Source: Acidimicrobiia bacterium
GTDB lineage: Bacteria > Actinomycetota > Acidimicrobiia > Spongiisociales > ZC4RG35
Assembly: GCA_041746105.1 (NCBI GenBank)
Contig: JBGTHP010000003.1
Span: 160,436-224,435 of the forward strand
Reading direction: 5' to 3'
Length of the DNA: 64,000 nucleotides
Part shown: positions 1 through 10,085 of the stretch, piece by piece
How the letters are laid out: each line of letters begins with the position of its first letter
How positions within the stretch are numbered: position 1 is the stretch's first letter
The notes under the pieces: generated by a model
What the model was told of the DNA's origin: nothing
Database searches by the model: none
Seen by the model: the letters and a program-made list of their open reading frames with translations, nothing else
Translations under genes and position numbers: made by a program

Positions 1-36
1 CGCCGATCTGGAATCGCAGTTCGATTGGATGGGGCG

Positions 37-906
37 ATGAAGGGGATCATCCTTGCGGGTGGCACGGGCTCTCGGTTGTATCCGATCACCAGGGGCGTGA
101 GCAAACAGCTCCTGCCCGTTTATGACAAACCGATGATCTATTACCCGCTATCGGCGCTGATGCTGGCAGGCATCCGCGAGGTCCTTGTGATCACCACACC
201 CGACGATGGGCCCCGTTTTCGAGATGTTCTCGGCGACGGCTCCCAGTGGGGCTTGGTGATCGAATATGCGGTGCAGCGGGAACCGCGGGGACTGGCCGAC
301 GCCTTGATCATCGGGCGCGAGTTCGTCGGTTCCGAGTCATTCAGCTTGGTGCTGGGCGACAACATTTTCTTCGGTCATGGCCTCCCGGATCAGCTGCGCC
401 GGGCGGCGTCGATCGAGTCGGGGGCAGTTGTGTTCGCCTATTACGTCCGCGATCCAGAGAGATACGGCGTGATCGAATTCGACGCCGGTGGCAAAGCGAT
501 CTCGATCGAGGAAAAACCTGCAAAACCTCGGTCCAACTATGCGGTCACCGGTCTGTATTTCTACGACAACTCTGCGCTGGAGATTGCGGCGAACCTGCAA
601 CCAAGCGCCCGAGGGGAACTCGAGATCACCGACGTGAATCGGGCCTATCTGGACCGGGGGGACCTATTCGTCGAACACCTGGGTCGGGGGATGGCATGGA
701 TCGACACCGGCACCCACGAATCTCTTCTCCAGGCAGGCGAGTTCATTGCGACCCTCCAGCAGCGCCAGGGCCTCCAGGTGGCGTGTCCGGAGGAGATCGC
801 ATGGCGCCAGGGATATATCGACGATGAGGCTCTGGCGGCGCAGGCGGCGAAGTTGCCAAACACCGTTTACGGCGCCTATCTCCTCGAACTGCTCGAACGA
901 GGCTGA
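37..906 (+). CDS. rfbA: glucose-1-phosphate thymidylyltransferase (RmlA/RfbA)
   Basis: ORF 25..906. The N-terminus [18 protein letters not shown]...[18 protein letters not shown] is the classic RmlA signature. ATG at 37 is preferred over TTG at 25. Confidence 0.9.
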   Translation: MKGIILAGGTGSRLYPITRGVSKQLLPVYDKPMIYYPLSALMLAGIREVLVITTPDDGPRFRDVLGDGSQWGLVIEYAVQREPRGLADALIIGREFVGSESFSLVLGDNIFFGHGLPDQLRRAASIESGAVVFAYYVRDPERYGVIEFDAGGKAISIEEKPAKPRSNYAVTGLYFYDNSALEIAANLQPSARGELEITDVNRAYLDRGDLFVEHLGRGMAWIDTGTHESLLQAGEFIATLQQRQGLQVACPEEIAWRQGYIDDEALAAQAAKLPNTVYGAYLLELLERG

Positions 907-1742
907 CGCCAATCGGTCCAGCCTCTCACAACCGATGGAAGCGACTGAGACAGATCCGGGATCGCGGCGATCGCCTCCTCTGCTGGACGTTCGGAAGCCA
1001 GAACAGAATATGAGGGTCGGGCCGCCGGGGTCGGGAACTCGTTGCTCGAACACGGGGAGATCCGTTTGGGATCGATCGCCGCCAGCTTGGCAGCTGCTTG
1101 GGCGAGCTCGTACCAGGACAGCTCAGTCCGGTTGGTCAAATGGAGTATGCCGCTGACGTCGTTTTGGATGACATTCCAGGCACCGCGTGCGAGGTCGTCG
1201 GCGACGGTGGCACAACCTCTCTGGTCATCGACCACTTTCGTCTGGCCTTCGGATGCTCGTTCGAGCACTTTGAACACGAAATTTTCGTGAGTGGCCGAGA
1301 TGACCCACGAAGTCCTGATGACCAGGGTCCGCTCGTACTCGGTAATGGCGCCTTGTTCGCCCGCCAGCTTGGTGAGGCCGTAGAGGTTGACCGGCTGCGT
1401 CAGGTCGGATTCCACATAAGGAGTTGCGCCCTTTCCTGAAAAGACGTAGTCGGTCGAAAAGGTGACAAACCGTGTGTTCAACACTCGGCACACTCTTGCC
1501 ATCTCGACCACCGCCGTCGCGTTGACGAGGCGCGACATCTCGGGCTCGACTTCTGCCCGGTCGACGGCAGTAAAGCCCGCGCAGTTGATGAGCAACGCCG
1601 GCCTGATCCGGCGTAGCGCCGGTTCGATCTGGGCCGGGGTGGAGAGATCGAGTTGTTCTCGGTTGAGGATGATCGCCGGCTCCACCAGCCGCCGAAAGGC
1701 GCTGCCGAGCTGGCCGTTGCCGCCAGTGATTGCAACCGTCAA
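876..1742 (-). CDS. rfbD: dTDP-4-dehydrorhamnose reductase (RmlD/RfbD)
   Basis: ORF 876..1784. Rossmann motif [17 protein letters not shown] at 1742 overlaps the rfbB stop (TTGA), suggesting translational coupling. The longest-ORF start is 1784. Confidence 0.8.
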   Translation of the reverse strand: MTVAITGGNGQLGSAFRRLVEPAIILNREQLDLSTPAQIEPALRRIRPALLINCAGFTAVDRAEVEPEMSRLVNATAVVEMARVCRVLNTRFVTFSTDYVFSGKGATPYVESDLTQPVNLYGLTKLAGEQGAITEYERTLVIRTSWVISATHENFVFKVLERASEGQTKVVDDQRGCATVADDLARGAWNVIQNDVSGILHLTNRTELSWYELAQAAAKLAAIDPKRISPCSSNEFPTPAARPSYSVLASERPAEEAIAAIPDLSQSLPSVVRGWTDWRQPRSSSSRR

Positions 1743-2701
1743 GATACGAGCGGCTTCCACCAGTCGGTGCGGCTCCGATACCAACCGATGGTTTGTTCGA
1801 GGCCGGTTCCGAGGTCATGTTGTGGCATCCAGCCCATCGATCGGATCTTGGAAGAGTCGACTGCGTAACGAAAGTCGTGACCGAGGCGGTCGGTTACGTA
1901 TCGAATCGATGTTTCGTCGCGTCCCAGCGCTCCGATGAGCATCTTCGTCAGGTCGAGATTCGAGAGTTGGGCGTCGCCGCCGATGTTGTAAACGTGTCCG
2001 GGTGATCCCTCGTCTACGAGCAGCGAGATCGCGGAACAATGATCTTCGACGAAGAGCCAGTCTCTCTGGTTGCTTCCGTCGCCGTAGACAGGGACGGACT
2101 GACCGGCCACGAGGCGCGTGATGAACAGCGGAATCAGCTTCTCTGGGAACTGGTAGGGGCCGTAGTTGTTGGTGCAGCGGGTGACGACGACGGGATAGTC
2201 GTACGTTGCGGCATAGCTGAGTGCAAGGAGATCGGCTCCGGCTTTGGAGGCCGAATAGGGCGAGGAGGGCCGCAATCGGTCGGTCTCTTTGGCAAATCCG
2301 GTTTCGAGTGAGCCGTAGACCTCGTCCGTGGACACATGAATGAACCTCCGAACACCGGCTCGCCTGGCGGCGTCGAGCAAGACACCGGTGCCGACTACGT
2401 TCGTTTCCAAAAAAACGCTGGGTTCTTCGATCGATCGATCAACGTGGCTCTCTGCGGCAAAGTTGACTATCACGTCGTGGCCTTCGGCGAGCGAGGCCAT
2501 GAGGTCACGATCTCGGATGTCTCCGAGCACGAACTGGTGGCGAGCATCCGACGAGAGTTCATCGACGGTGGTTTTGACGCCGGCGTAGGTCAGGGCGTCG
2601 AGATTCGTGACGGTGGCTCCGGGGTCATCCTTGAGCACGGCTCTTATGAAATTGGAACCGATGAAACCGGCCCCGCCTGTAACGAGAAATCTCCTGCCCA
2701 T
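1739..2701 (-). CDS. rfbB: dTDP-glucose 4,6-dehydratase (RmlB/RfbB)
   Basis: MGRRFLVTGGAGFIGSNF NAD-binding motif, SDR catalytic YSASKAGAD motif, 320 aa. Confidence 0.9.
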   Translation of the reverse strand: MGRRFLVTGGAGFIGSNFIRAVLKDDPGATVTNLDALTYAGVKTTVDELSSDARHQFVLGDIRDRDLMASLAEGHDVIVNFAAESHVDRSIEEPSVFLETNVVGTGVLLDAARRAGVRRFIHVSTDEVYGSLETGFAKETDRLRPSSPYSASKAGADLLALSYAATYDYPVVVTRCTNNYGPYQFPEKLIPLFITRLVAGQSVPVYGDGSNQRDWLFVEDHCSAISLLVDEGSPGHVYNIGGDAQLSNLDLTKMLIGALGRDETSIRYVTDRLGHDFRYAVDSSKIRSMGWMPQHDLGTGLEQTIGWYRSRTDWWKPLVS

Positions 2702-2758
2702 GAACTTCCTTCGTCGTTCCGCCTACGGCCAGTCACGTTACCGGCCCCATTGGTTGGG

Positions 2759-4138
2759 TTACAGGTTGAATGCGCGCACCAGGAAACTCGCCATTTCGGC
2801 GCGGGTCACCGCCCCTGCCGGGCAGAACTTGGCCGGCGCAGTACTGCAGCCGAGCGTGATACCCGATTGGGCGAGGTATGTGGTGTAGCCGGCGTACCAA
2901 GCAGTGGCGGAAACGTCGGCGAACGGGGTTGGTCCCGGGATGGGAGAACCGCCTGTGGCCCGGGTGAGCAACGCCGCCATCTCGGCTCTGGTGATGAGAG
3001 AACCCGGACAGAACTGTGTCGGGCTGCAGCCGTCGGTCAAACCGAGTTCATACAGGCGCTGGACTGATCCCGCATACCAGGCGCCTGCAGGCACATCCGA
3101 GAACGATGAGCCAGAACCGGGAGGGGCCCCGAGTGCTCGCACCAAGAAGACGGCCATCTCGGCCCTCGTGACCGGTTGGCCAGGGCAGAAAAGGTTCTGG
3201 CCGCATCCATTGGTAATGCCTGCCGCTGCCAGCTTTTCGATGTTGGCTTCGTGCGGGTTGCCGTCGTCATCGGAAAAGACACCGCTGATCGGCACCCCGC
3301 TGGAATCGAGGACCCGGCCATCTTCGAGATAGTTGCCCTCCCACACCAGTTGTGAATCGGTCGACAACCATCCGTAGTTGTTGTCGAGCCCGAAGGTGTT
3401 GTTGAGGAACTCGACGCCGGTCGGCTTGCCGTATCCGTCGTTTCCATCAAGCACGAACAGCGTGTAATTGCCTCCGTTCAGATAAGAATTCTCGATGACC
3501 ACGTTTGAGATAGGTCCGAGGTCTGTTTCGATCAACGCGGCGGCGTTGCCCATGCCGAGCGGACCCGTCGAGTCGAGAATCGAGTAGCGAATCGTCGAAC
3601 CGGAGGAGCCCCCATCTCCCTGAATCGCGTCGGCGTGCGGGCTGGGGCTGTTGGAATCGAGGTCGTGGATCCATACGTGCTCCAAGAGCATGTTGTCGCC
3701 GAGTTTTACGCCGTCTTCAACATGGTGGATGTCGAGATAACGGCCAACGATGTTGTCGCCACCAATGCCTCTTTCGCCGACCGATCCGGCGCTTCCAATC
3801 TCAGAGTTTTCGATCAGAAGAGAACCGGATTCGACGTAGACGGTCCAGAAACTCGTCGTGTAGACCCAAACGTTGCGCACCGTCACGTTGTTGGCCCGAA
3901 TCGTCAGGCTGCCGCGAATCTCACGGTTTTCGATCACGGCGCCGTCTGTTTCGACGACGAGATTGCCCTGGTGCACGGTCAAGATGGAGGGGTCGGAGAG
4001 TCCGGTTTCTCCAGGCGTCACGATCGCGTCCGCCCGCGCTGGCGGAGCCACCGCAACCCCGGCGGCCATCAGCCCGACCACTAGGCTCATCGCCGCGACA
4101 ACGCGGCTTGAAGTAACAAAACGTCGACGACCGAACAC
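2759..4138 (-). CDS. secreted right-handed beta-helix protein with three C-terminal SLH (S-layer homology) domains
   Basis: N-terminal signal-like MFGRRRFVTSSRVVAAMSLVVGLMAAGVAVAPPARA. The middle shows parallel beta-helix style repeats (NVTVRNVWVY, LLIENSEIG, VVIENSYLNGGN). The C-terminus has three ~55-aa repeats F(S/A)D...TRAEMA.FLVRA, typical of SLH. Confidence 0.75.
   Translation of the reverse strand: MFGRRRFVTSSRVVAAMSLVVGLMAAGVAVAPPARADAIVTPGETGLSDPSILTVHQGNLVVETDGAVIENREIRGSLTIRANNVTVRNVWVYTTSFWTVYVESGSLLIENSEIGSAGSVGERGIGGDNIVGRYLDIHHVEDGVKLGDNMLLEHVWIHDLDSNSPSPHADAIQGDGGSSGSTIRYSILDSTGPLGMGNAAALIETDLGPISNVVIENSYLNGGNYTLFVLDGNDGYGKPTGVEFLNNTFGLDNNYGWLSTDSQLVWEGNYLEDGRVLDSSGVPISGVFSDDDGNPHEANIEKLAAAGITNGCGQNLFCPGQPVTRAEMAVFLVRALGAPPGSGSSFSDVPAGAWYAGSVQRLYELGLTDGCSPTQFCPGSLITRAEMAALLTRATGGSPIPGPTPFADVSATAWYAGYTTYLAQSGITLGCSTAPAKFCPAGAVTRAEMASFLVRAFNL
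2762..3280 (-). repeat. three tandem SLH-domain coding modules (intragenic repeat)
   Basis: Repeats FSDDDGNPHEANIEKLAAAGITNGCGQNLFCPGQPVTRAEMAVFLVRAL, FSDVPAGAWYAGSVQRLYELGLTDGCSPTQFCPGSLITRAEMAALLTRAT and FADVSATAWYAGYTTYLAQSGITLGCSTAPAKFCPAGAVTRAEMASFLVRAF. Confidence 0.75.
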
Positions 4139-4396
4139 TGGGGACCTCCTCGCGGGGCGGCGGGCCCCCGATCACTCATAGAGCCATATTGGACGATCGG
4201 CGGTTGGGAGTTCTCGCTTTTGCCCTTATCGGGCTGTTCCTGACACCGATCGGGGCTGTCGAAAGAATGGCTCGAGCCAGGTTCAACCGCGGCTCGACAC
4301 GGTGGTGAAGCTTCCGCTTATGATTCGATCACGTGGGAAGTTGAGCCGGTCGAGGGGTGGCGCCGAGCGCACACCTGTCCAACTTGGAGGAGTGTC

Positions 4397-7300
4397 ATGA
4401 AGTCAACGCGTCGCCGGATCCATTTGAACATGGCGATCGTTGCTTCGATGGTGGCAAGCCTGATACCAACTCTGGCGGCGCCGGCAATCGCACTGTCGAC
4501 CGACATCGTGGTGAGCCAGGTTTATGGCGGTGGAGGCAACTCGGGCGCAACCCTCACCAATGACTACGTCGAGTTGTTCAACCGGGGTACGACGGCTGTC
4601 AGCGTGACCGGATGGTCGGTGCAATACGCATCGTCGACCGGGACCACCTGGTCGAAGACCGACCTGTCGGGGACCATCCAGCCTGGTCAGTATTACCTGG
4701 TTCAGCAGGCCGCCGGTACCGGCGGGACGACACCCCTTCCGGCCCCTGACGCTGTCGGGACGATTGCGATGAGTGCGACGAACGGAAAGATCGTCCTCGT
4801 CAACACCGGCGGCGTGATCGCGTCCGGAACGACCTGTCCATCGGATTCGACTGTGGTCGACATCGTCGGTTACGGATCTGCCAACTGCTCGGAAGGTGCG
4901 GCAACTCCTGTCCTGAGCAACACCACCGCCGCCATCCGCCTCAACGGGGGTTGCACGGAGAACGACTCCAACTCCACCGACTTCGCCGTCGACGCTCCCA
5001 CCCCAAGAAACAGTTCCTCACCCACCGCTCCCTGTGGTGGACCAACCGATCCCAGCGGGGTCGGCTCGGCCTCGCCTGATCTGGTCGAACCCGGCGAGAC
5101 GACTTTGCTGGCCGTTGACGTGACCCCTGGGACCAATCCGACCAGCACCGGCCTCGCCGTGGTCGCAGATCTCTCCGCCATCGGCGAGTCATCCACGCAG
5201 GCATTTTTCGACGACGGCAGCAATGGCGACGTCACCGCCGGCGACAATCGTTTTTCTTTCCTGGCGACCGTGGCGCTCGCCACGGCAGAAGGCGCCAAGT
5301 CGTTGCCCGTGGTCATCTCGGACGCACAGTCCCGCTCGGGGGACTCGTCGATCGATCTCACGGTCCAAAGCGTCACCGCCGGGGCGGAGGTGGTCATCAG
5401 CGAGGTCTATGGAGGTGGAGGCAACTCCGGCGCAACCCTCACCCACGACTACGTCGAGTTGTACAACCGAAGCTCCAGTCCGGTGGACATCACCGGCTGG
5501 TCGGTCCAGTACGCCTCCTCGACCGGGACCACATGGTCCAAGACCGATCTGTCCGGAACGGTTCAGCCAGGGCAGTACTTCCTCATCCAGCAGGCCCAGG
5601 GTTCCGGCGGGACCACTCCGCTCCCCACCCCTGACGCCATCGGAACCATCGCGATGAGCGCGACCAACGGGAAGATCGTCCTCATCAACACCAGCATCGT
5701 CATTGCCGCCGGGACCTCCTGCCCCTCAGATGCGACAGTGGTCGATATCGTCGGCTATGGATCCGCCAACTGTTTTGAGGGATCGGGTGCAACCGGAACC
5801 TTGAGCAACACCACCTCGGCCATCCGCAACGGTGCCGGGTCGGTCGATACCAACAACAACACCGCCGACTTCACTGTCGGTGCGCCCGATCCGCAGAACG
5901 GCGGCGCCGGGTTCGATGTAGCTCCGACCGTGGCCTCGACCACGCCGGCCAACGGCGCCGTCAGTGTCGCCGTTGGTGCTTCGGTTTCGGTCGTATTCTC
6001 GGAAGCCGTGAATCTGGTCGATCCCTGGTTCTCGATTTCGTGCGATACGAGCGGCGTCCACTCAGCAGTCGTTTCCGGAGGGCCCACATCGTTCACGCTC
6101 GACCCCGACACCGACTTTGCGGCGTCGGAGACATGCATGCTGTCTATCTTTTCCTCCGGCGTCACCGACCAGGACGGCAACGATCCTCCCGATTCAATGG
6201 AGTCCGACGTAATCGTGACGTTCTCGATCGGCAGCGCCAATCCCTGCGAGGATCACTACACCGCCATCCCGGCGATCCAGGGGAGCGGAGCGACAGCGGC
6301 TATCACTGGCGCCGTAACCACACTCGGGGTGGTGGTCGGTGACTACGAAGGCCCGTCGCCAACCCTGCGAGGTTTTTACATCCAGGACCCGGCGGGTGAC
6401 GGTGATCCAGCCACCTCCGACGCCATTTTCGTTTTCAACGGCGACAACAACAACGTTGCTTTGGGTGAACTGGTCAGAGTCAGTGGGGCCGCGGGAGAAT
6501 TCGAGGGCCAGACCCAGGTGGGTTCGGTTAGTTCGATTGTTTCATGTGGTTTCGGTTCGGTTATCCCCGTCGACGTCTCACTGCCGGTTCCTGTGGCCGA
6601 CCACTTCGAGCGTTACGAAGGAATGGTGGTTCGTTTTGCTCAGACCTTGTATGTGACAGAACACTTCCAACTGGGTCGATTTGGCCAGGTTGTGATGTCT
6701 TCCGGCGCTCGGCTGTCCCAACCAACCAACGTGACGACGCCGGGCGCGGCGGCTCTGGCGCTGCAGGCGGCCAACAATCTCAATCGGATAATCGTCGATG
6801 ACGACTCGCAGATTCAGAACCCCGATCCGATCGTTTTTGGCCGATCGGGCAACCCGCTGAGTGCGTCCAACACCCTGCGGGGCGGGGACAGCGCGAGCGG
6901 AATCATCGGCGTGATGACCTACACCTGGGCCGGAAACAGCGCCAGCGGTAACGCGTACAGGGTCCGGCCCAACACCGCGCTTGGCGGCGGCATCCCGAAC
7001 TTTGTTGCCACCAATCCCCGACCGGTTGGACCGGAGACGGTCGGCGGAAGTCTCACGGTGAGCGCACTCAATCTCTTGAACTACTTCAACACCTTTGACG
7101 GGTTGCCGGATACCGTCGACAACTGCAACAACGGTGTCGGGGGAGCGTCTACAGACTGCCGTGGCGCCGACACACAAGCGGAATTCGACCGGCAATGGGC
7201 CAAAACCGTGGCGGCGATCCTTGCAATCGATCCGGATGTCCTTGGTGTCAACGAGATCGAGAACGATGGTTATGGCCCCACAAGCGCCATCGCTCATCTC

Positions 7301-8668
7301 GTGGATCAGTTGAACGCGTCGACGGCGCCTGGAACCTATGCTTTCGTCGATTTTGACTCTGCAACAGGACAGATCAACGCCCTCGGTACCGACGCGATCA
7401 AAGTTGGTCTGATCTACAAGCCGGCCAGTGTCAGCCCCGTTGGTGCCGCCGCCGCTCTGAACAGCGACGCATTTGTCAACGGTGGTGACAGCGCTCCTCG
7501 AAACCGGGCAACCTTTGCTCAGGCACTCGAACAGCCGAACGGGGCAAGGTTCATCGTCAGCGTCAACCATCTCAAGAGCAAGGGAAGCGCCTGCAACCTG
7601 CCCGATGCCGGAGACGGGCAAGGCAACTGCAACCAGGTCAGAGTCAATGCATCCAACGAGCTGGCATCTTGGCTGGCGGCTGACCCGACGGGTACCGGTG
7701 ACCCTGATGTGATGATCCTGGGCGATCTCAACTCATACGCGATGGAGGATCCGCTAACCGCCCTGGGCGCGAACGGATACATCAACCTCATCTCGACCTT
7801 CCTTGGCCCTGATGCATATTCCTTCGCGTTCGACGGTCAATGGGGTTATCTGGACCATGCATTGGCATCCGCGTCGCTTCTGGCGCAGGTGAGCGGCGTG
7901 ACCGAATGGCACATCAATGCCGATGAACCGGGGGTACTCGACTACAACCTCGACTTCAAGAGCGTTGGCCAACAAGCCAGTCTCTATGCGGCTGATCAAT
8001 ATCGGGTCTCGGACCATGATCCCGTCATCGTTGGAGTCGATTTGGCAGGCCCACCGGTCGTCCAGCCTCCGGTGACCGATCCTGAGCCTTCGGTGCTGAA
8101 CGGCGCCGTTCAAGTTACGGCTTCTTTCACCGATGGAGTCGGGCCGTTCTCATGCGTCGTCGACTTCGGCGACGCCACATTCGTGGCGGGCACCGTCGCC
8201 GGCAACGACTGCAACGGCCCTGCTCATGCCTTTGCCGCGATCGGGACGGTGACGGTGACGGTGACGGTCAGCGATAGCGCCGGCTTGAGCGGGCAAGGCA
8301 GTTCTCAACACGTCGTCATTTACGACTTCACCGGGTTCTTCGGACCGGTCCAGAACCCGCCGGTATTGAACGTGATGAACGGCGGTTCAACGTCGCAGAT
8401 CCGATTTGGACTGGGCGGCGACCAAGGATTGGGAGTCTTCGCCTCTGGTTCTCCCCGGTCGCGTCAAGTCAACTGTTCAACCCTGGTGGGGACAGGTTCC
8501 TGGGTGGCCGCCCAATCTCCGGGATCATCGGGTTTGATGTATGACGCGCAAACATCCAGTTACCAATGGAATTGGAAAACGGAGAAGCCCTGGCGCGGCA
8601 CATGCCGGGTGTTCGAGTTGGCACTGATCGATGGGACCGTTCATCTCGCCTATTTCAAGTTCAGCTGA
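4397..8668 (+). CDS. ExeM/NucH-type extracellular nuclease (2x lamin-tail-like domain, Ig-like domain, endonuclease/exonuclease/phosphatase domain, PKD-like domain)
   Basis: GGAGG Shine-Dalgarno sequence (SD) before ATG 4397. Signal peptide MKSTRRRIHLNMAIVASMVASLIPTLAAPAIA. Two LTD-like modules (VYGGGGNSGATLT.DYVEL.N...GWSVQYASSTGTTWSKTDLSG). EEP motifs LNLLNYFN, GVNEIEND, NHLKSKGS, LGDLNSY, SDHDPV. PKD-like VVDFGDA...VTVTVSDSAGL. Confidence 0.8.
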   Translation: MKSTRRRIHLNMAIVASMVASLIPTLAAPAIALSTDIVVSQVYGGGGNSGATLTNDYVELFNRGTTAVSVTGWSVQYASSTGTTWSKTDLSGTIQPGQYYLVQQAAGTGGTTPLPAPDAVGTIAMSATNGKIVLVNTGGVIASGTTCPSDSTVVDIVGYGSANCSEGAATPVLSNTTAAIRLNGGCTENDSNSTDFAVDAPTPRNSSSPTAPCGGPTDPSGVGSASPDLVEPGETTLLAVDVTPGTNPTSTGLAVVADLSAIGESSTQAFFDDGSNGDVTAGDNRFSFLATVALATAEGAKSLPVVISDAQSRSGDSSIDLTVQSVTAGAEVVISEVYGGGGNSGATLTHDYVELYNRSSSPVDITGWSVQYASSTGTTWSKTDLSGTVQPGQYFLIQQAQGSGGTTPLPTPDAIGTIAMSATNGKIVLINTSIVIAAGTSCPSDATVVDIVGYGSANCFEGSGATGTLSNTTSAIRNGAGSVDTNNNTADFTVGAPDPQNGGAGFDVAPTVASTTPANGAVSVAVGASVSVVFSEAVNLVDPWFSISCDTSGVHSAVVSGGPTSFTLDPDTDFAASETCMLSIFSSGVTDQDGNDPPDSMESDVIVTFSIGSANPCEDHYTAIPAIQGSGATAAITGAVTTLGVVVGDYEGPSPTLRGFYIQDPAGDGDPATSDAIFVFNGDNNNVALGELVRVSGAAGEFEGQTQVGSVSSIVSCGFGSVIPVDVSLPVPVADHFERYEGMVVRFAQTLYVTEHFQLGRFGQVVMSSGARLSQPTNVTTPGAAALALQAANNLNRIIVDDDSQIQNPDPIVFGRSGNPLSASNTLRGGDSASGIIGVMTYTWAGNSASGNAYRVRPNTALGGGIPNFVATNPRPVGPETVGGSLTVSALNLLNYFNTFDGLPDTVDNCNNGVGGASTDCRGADTQAEFDRQWAKTVAAILAIDPDVLGVNEIENDGYGPTSAIAHLVDQLNASTAPGTYAFVDFDSATGQINALGTDAIKVGLIYKPASVSPVGAAAALNSDAFVNGGDSAPRNRATFAQALEQPNGARFIVSVNHLKSKGSACNLPDAGDGQGNCNQVRVNASNELASWLAADPTGTGDPDVMILGDLNSYAMEDPLTALGANGYINLISTFLGPDAYSFAFDGQWGYLDHALASASLLAQVSGVTEWHINADEPGVLDYNLDFKSVGQQASLYAADQYRVSDHDPVIVGVDLAGPPVVQPPVTDPEPSVLNGAVQVTASFTDGVGPFSCVVDFGDATFVAGTVAGNDCNGPAHAFAAIGTVTVTVTVSDSAGLSGQGSSQHVVIYDFTGFFGPVQNPPVLNVMNGGSTSQIRFGLGGDQGLGVFASGSPRSRQVNCSTLVGTGSWVAAQSPGSSGLMYDAQTSSYQWNWKTEKPWRGTCRVFELALIDGTVHLAYFKFS
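4505..5830 (+). repeat. intragenic direct duplication of the LTD-like module (units ~4505-4945 and ~5387-5830, period 882 bp)
   Basis: The two ~440-bp stretches align base-for-base over long runs (e.g. ggaggcaactc(g/c)ggcgcaaccctcacc, tcgaccgggaccac, atcgcgatgag(t/c)gcgac(g/c)aacgg(a/g)aagatcgtcctc) and are in the same frame. Confidence 0.8.
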
Positions 8669-8783
8669 GTTTGGCCTGGTTCGAATCTCTCGGAGCGTGC
8701 GGCTCTGAGGGGCCTTGAATGGGGCGGGCACGGAACTTGAACTGTGCCCACCTAAACTGGGCGCCAACCCCGGAGGTCCCACC

Positions 8784-9578
8784 ATGGCAGAACCAGAAAA
8801 ACTCAAGGAAGCATCGATCGCGCCGGTCGAACAACTCCCCAAAACGGCGGCGGCTCAGGTCGAGACCCCGACGCCTGGTCGCGCCGGTCGCTTTTTCCGG
8901 CGGCTCTTCAAGTGGCTATTGATCCTGGCGATCCTCGCCGGACTCGGGTACGGAGCCTACGTTGGCTGGCCGGTGGCGCGGGATCGTTTCATCGCGCCGG
9001 TCGAGGCAAACATCGCCGACATGTCGGTCGTTCAGGCGGACCTGGCGGATGCTCGTGATCGGATCGCTGCCCTCGAAGGCGAGATCGCCAAACTTGCCGC
9101 TACCCAGGGAGAACTGGCCGCCGCCGATGCGGCGTTGATGGAGACGCTGGACGCGTTTGCTTCTGAGGTCGATGCGAGTTCGACTCGAATCGCCAATCTG
9201 GAGGGTCTGACCACGGACCTCGGCATCGGTCTGACCGCGGCGCAATCCGAGACGTTCCGCCAGGCCCAGGTGCTCAAGGCGATGGAACTCCTCGGCAGGG
9301 CGCGATTGTTCCTCTACCAGTCCAACTTTGGCCTGGCCCGACAGGACGTGCAGTCGGCCAGAAACATCCTCGCCGATTCGCTCGCCGGTTCGGAGCAGGC
9401 GGACATCGAACTGTTGACCGCCACCATCGATCGACTCGACCGGACGCTCTTGGCTCTTCCGAGTTTCCCCGTGCTGGCGGCAGACGAACTCGACATCGCC
9501 TGGCAGGCGCTCATCGGCGACATTCCTTTGCCGATCGAGCCGGTTCCGACGGAGGAAGCCCCGGCGGCGACACCTTGA
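8784..9578 (+). CDS. membrane-anchored coiled-coil protein (HemX-like architecture), function unknown
   Basis: GGAGG before ATG 8784 (longest ORF starts at 8715). One TM helix WLLILAILAGLGYGAYVGW followed by Ala/Leu/Glu-rich heptad-like sequence. Confidence 0.5.
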   Translation: MAEPEKLKEASIAPVEQLPKTAAAQVETPTPGRAGRFFRRLFKWLLILAILAGLGYGAYVGWPVARDRFIAPVEANIADMSVVQADLADARDRIAALEGEIAKLAATQGELAAADAALMETLDAFASEVDASSTRIANLEGLTTDLGIGLTAAQSETFRQAQVLKAMELLGRARLFLYQSNFGLARQDVQSARNILADSLAGSEQADIELLTATIDRLDRTLLALPSFPVLAADELDIAWQALIGDIPLPIEPVPTEEAPAATP

Positions 9579-9615
9579 TCTCGTCTGGCTGGTTTGTTTT
9601 GGTGGCCAGGCTTCA

Positions 9616-10080
9616 ATGATGTCTGGCCCCGTTTCCAGACTCTATGCGGCGTTTCAGCAACTAGATGGCACCGCGATGGGCGAGTGTTATTCCTCGGAGG
9701 CAAGGTTCACGGACCCGTTGTTTGAGCTGGTCGGTTCTGAGATCGGTCTGATGTGGAAGATGTTGTGCGAGGGCGCCACCCGCGGCACCTGGAGCCTGAA
9801 CGTGTCCGAGATCGAAGAAAACGACACGGGCGGCAGTGCCCGCTGGGAAGCAACCTACGCATTCGGTCCGTCCGGCCGGATCGTTCACAACCGGATATCT
9901 GCGTCATTTGTCCTCGCAGATGATCTCATCCACGAGCACGAAGACCGGTTCAGTTTGTGGCGTTGGTCTGCCCAAGCTCTTGGACCGATAGGAATCGCGG
10001 CAGGGTGGACACCGCCAGTCCGATCTCAGGTGCGGAAGAGGGCGCGTCACCAGCTCGAGCGATACCGGCATCGATTCTGA
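9616..10080 (+). CDS. SnoaL-like / NTF2-fold family protein
   Basis: 154 aa. The N-terminal pattern RLYAAFQQLDGTAMGECYSSEARFTDPLF is typical of the NTF2-like family. Confidence 0.55.
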   Translation: MMSGPVSRLYAAFQQLDGTAMGECYSSEARFTDPLFELVGSEIGLMWKMLCEGATRGTWSLNVSEIEENDTGGSARWEATYAFGPSGRIVHNRISASFVLADDLIHEHEDRFSLWRWSAQALGPIGIAAGWTPPVRSQVRKRARHQLERYRHRF

Positions 10081-10085
10081 TCGGC

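Noticed and set aside
6578-7621. 347-aa ORF antisense to the nuclease gene
   Set aside because: It lies entirely inside a gene with clear domain architecture on the other strand. Its Arg/Gly/Val-rich composition is typical of shadow ORFs in high-GC DNA, and it has no motif.
8672-8700. GGTTCGAATC string just after the nuclease stop, reminiscent of a tRNA T-loop
   Set aside because: The flanking bases cannot form a 5-bp T stem, and no acceptor or anticodon arms can be drawn. The sequence instead belongs to a small hairpin (CTCGGAGC...GCTCTGAG).
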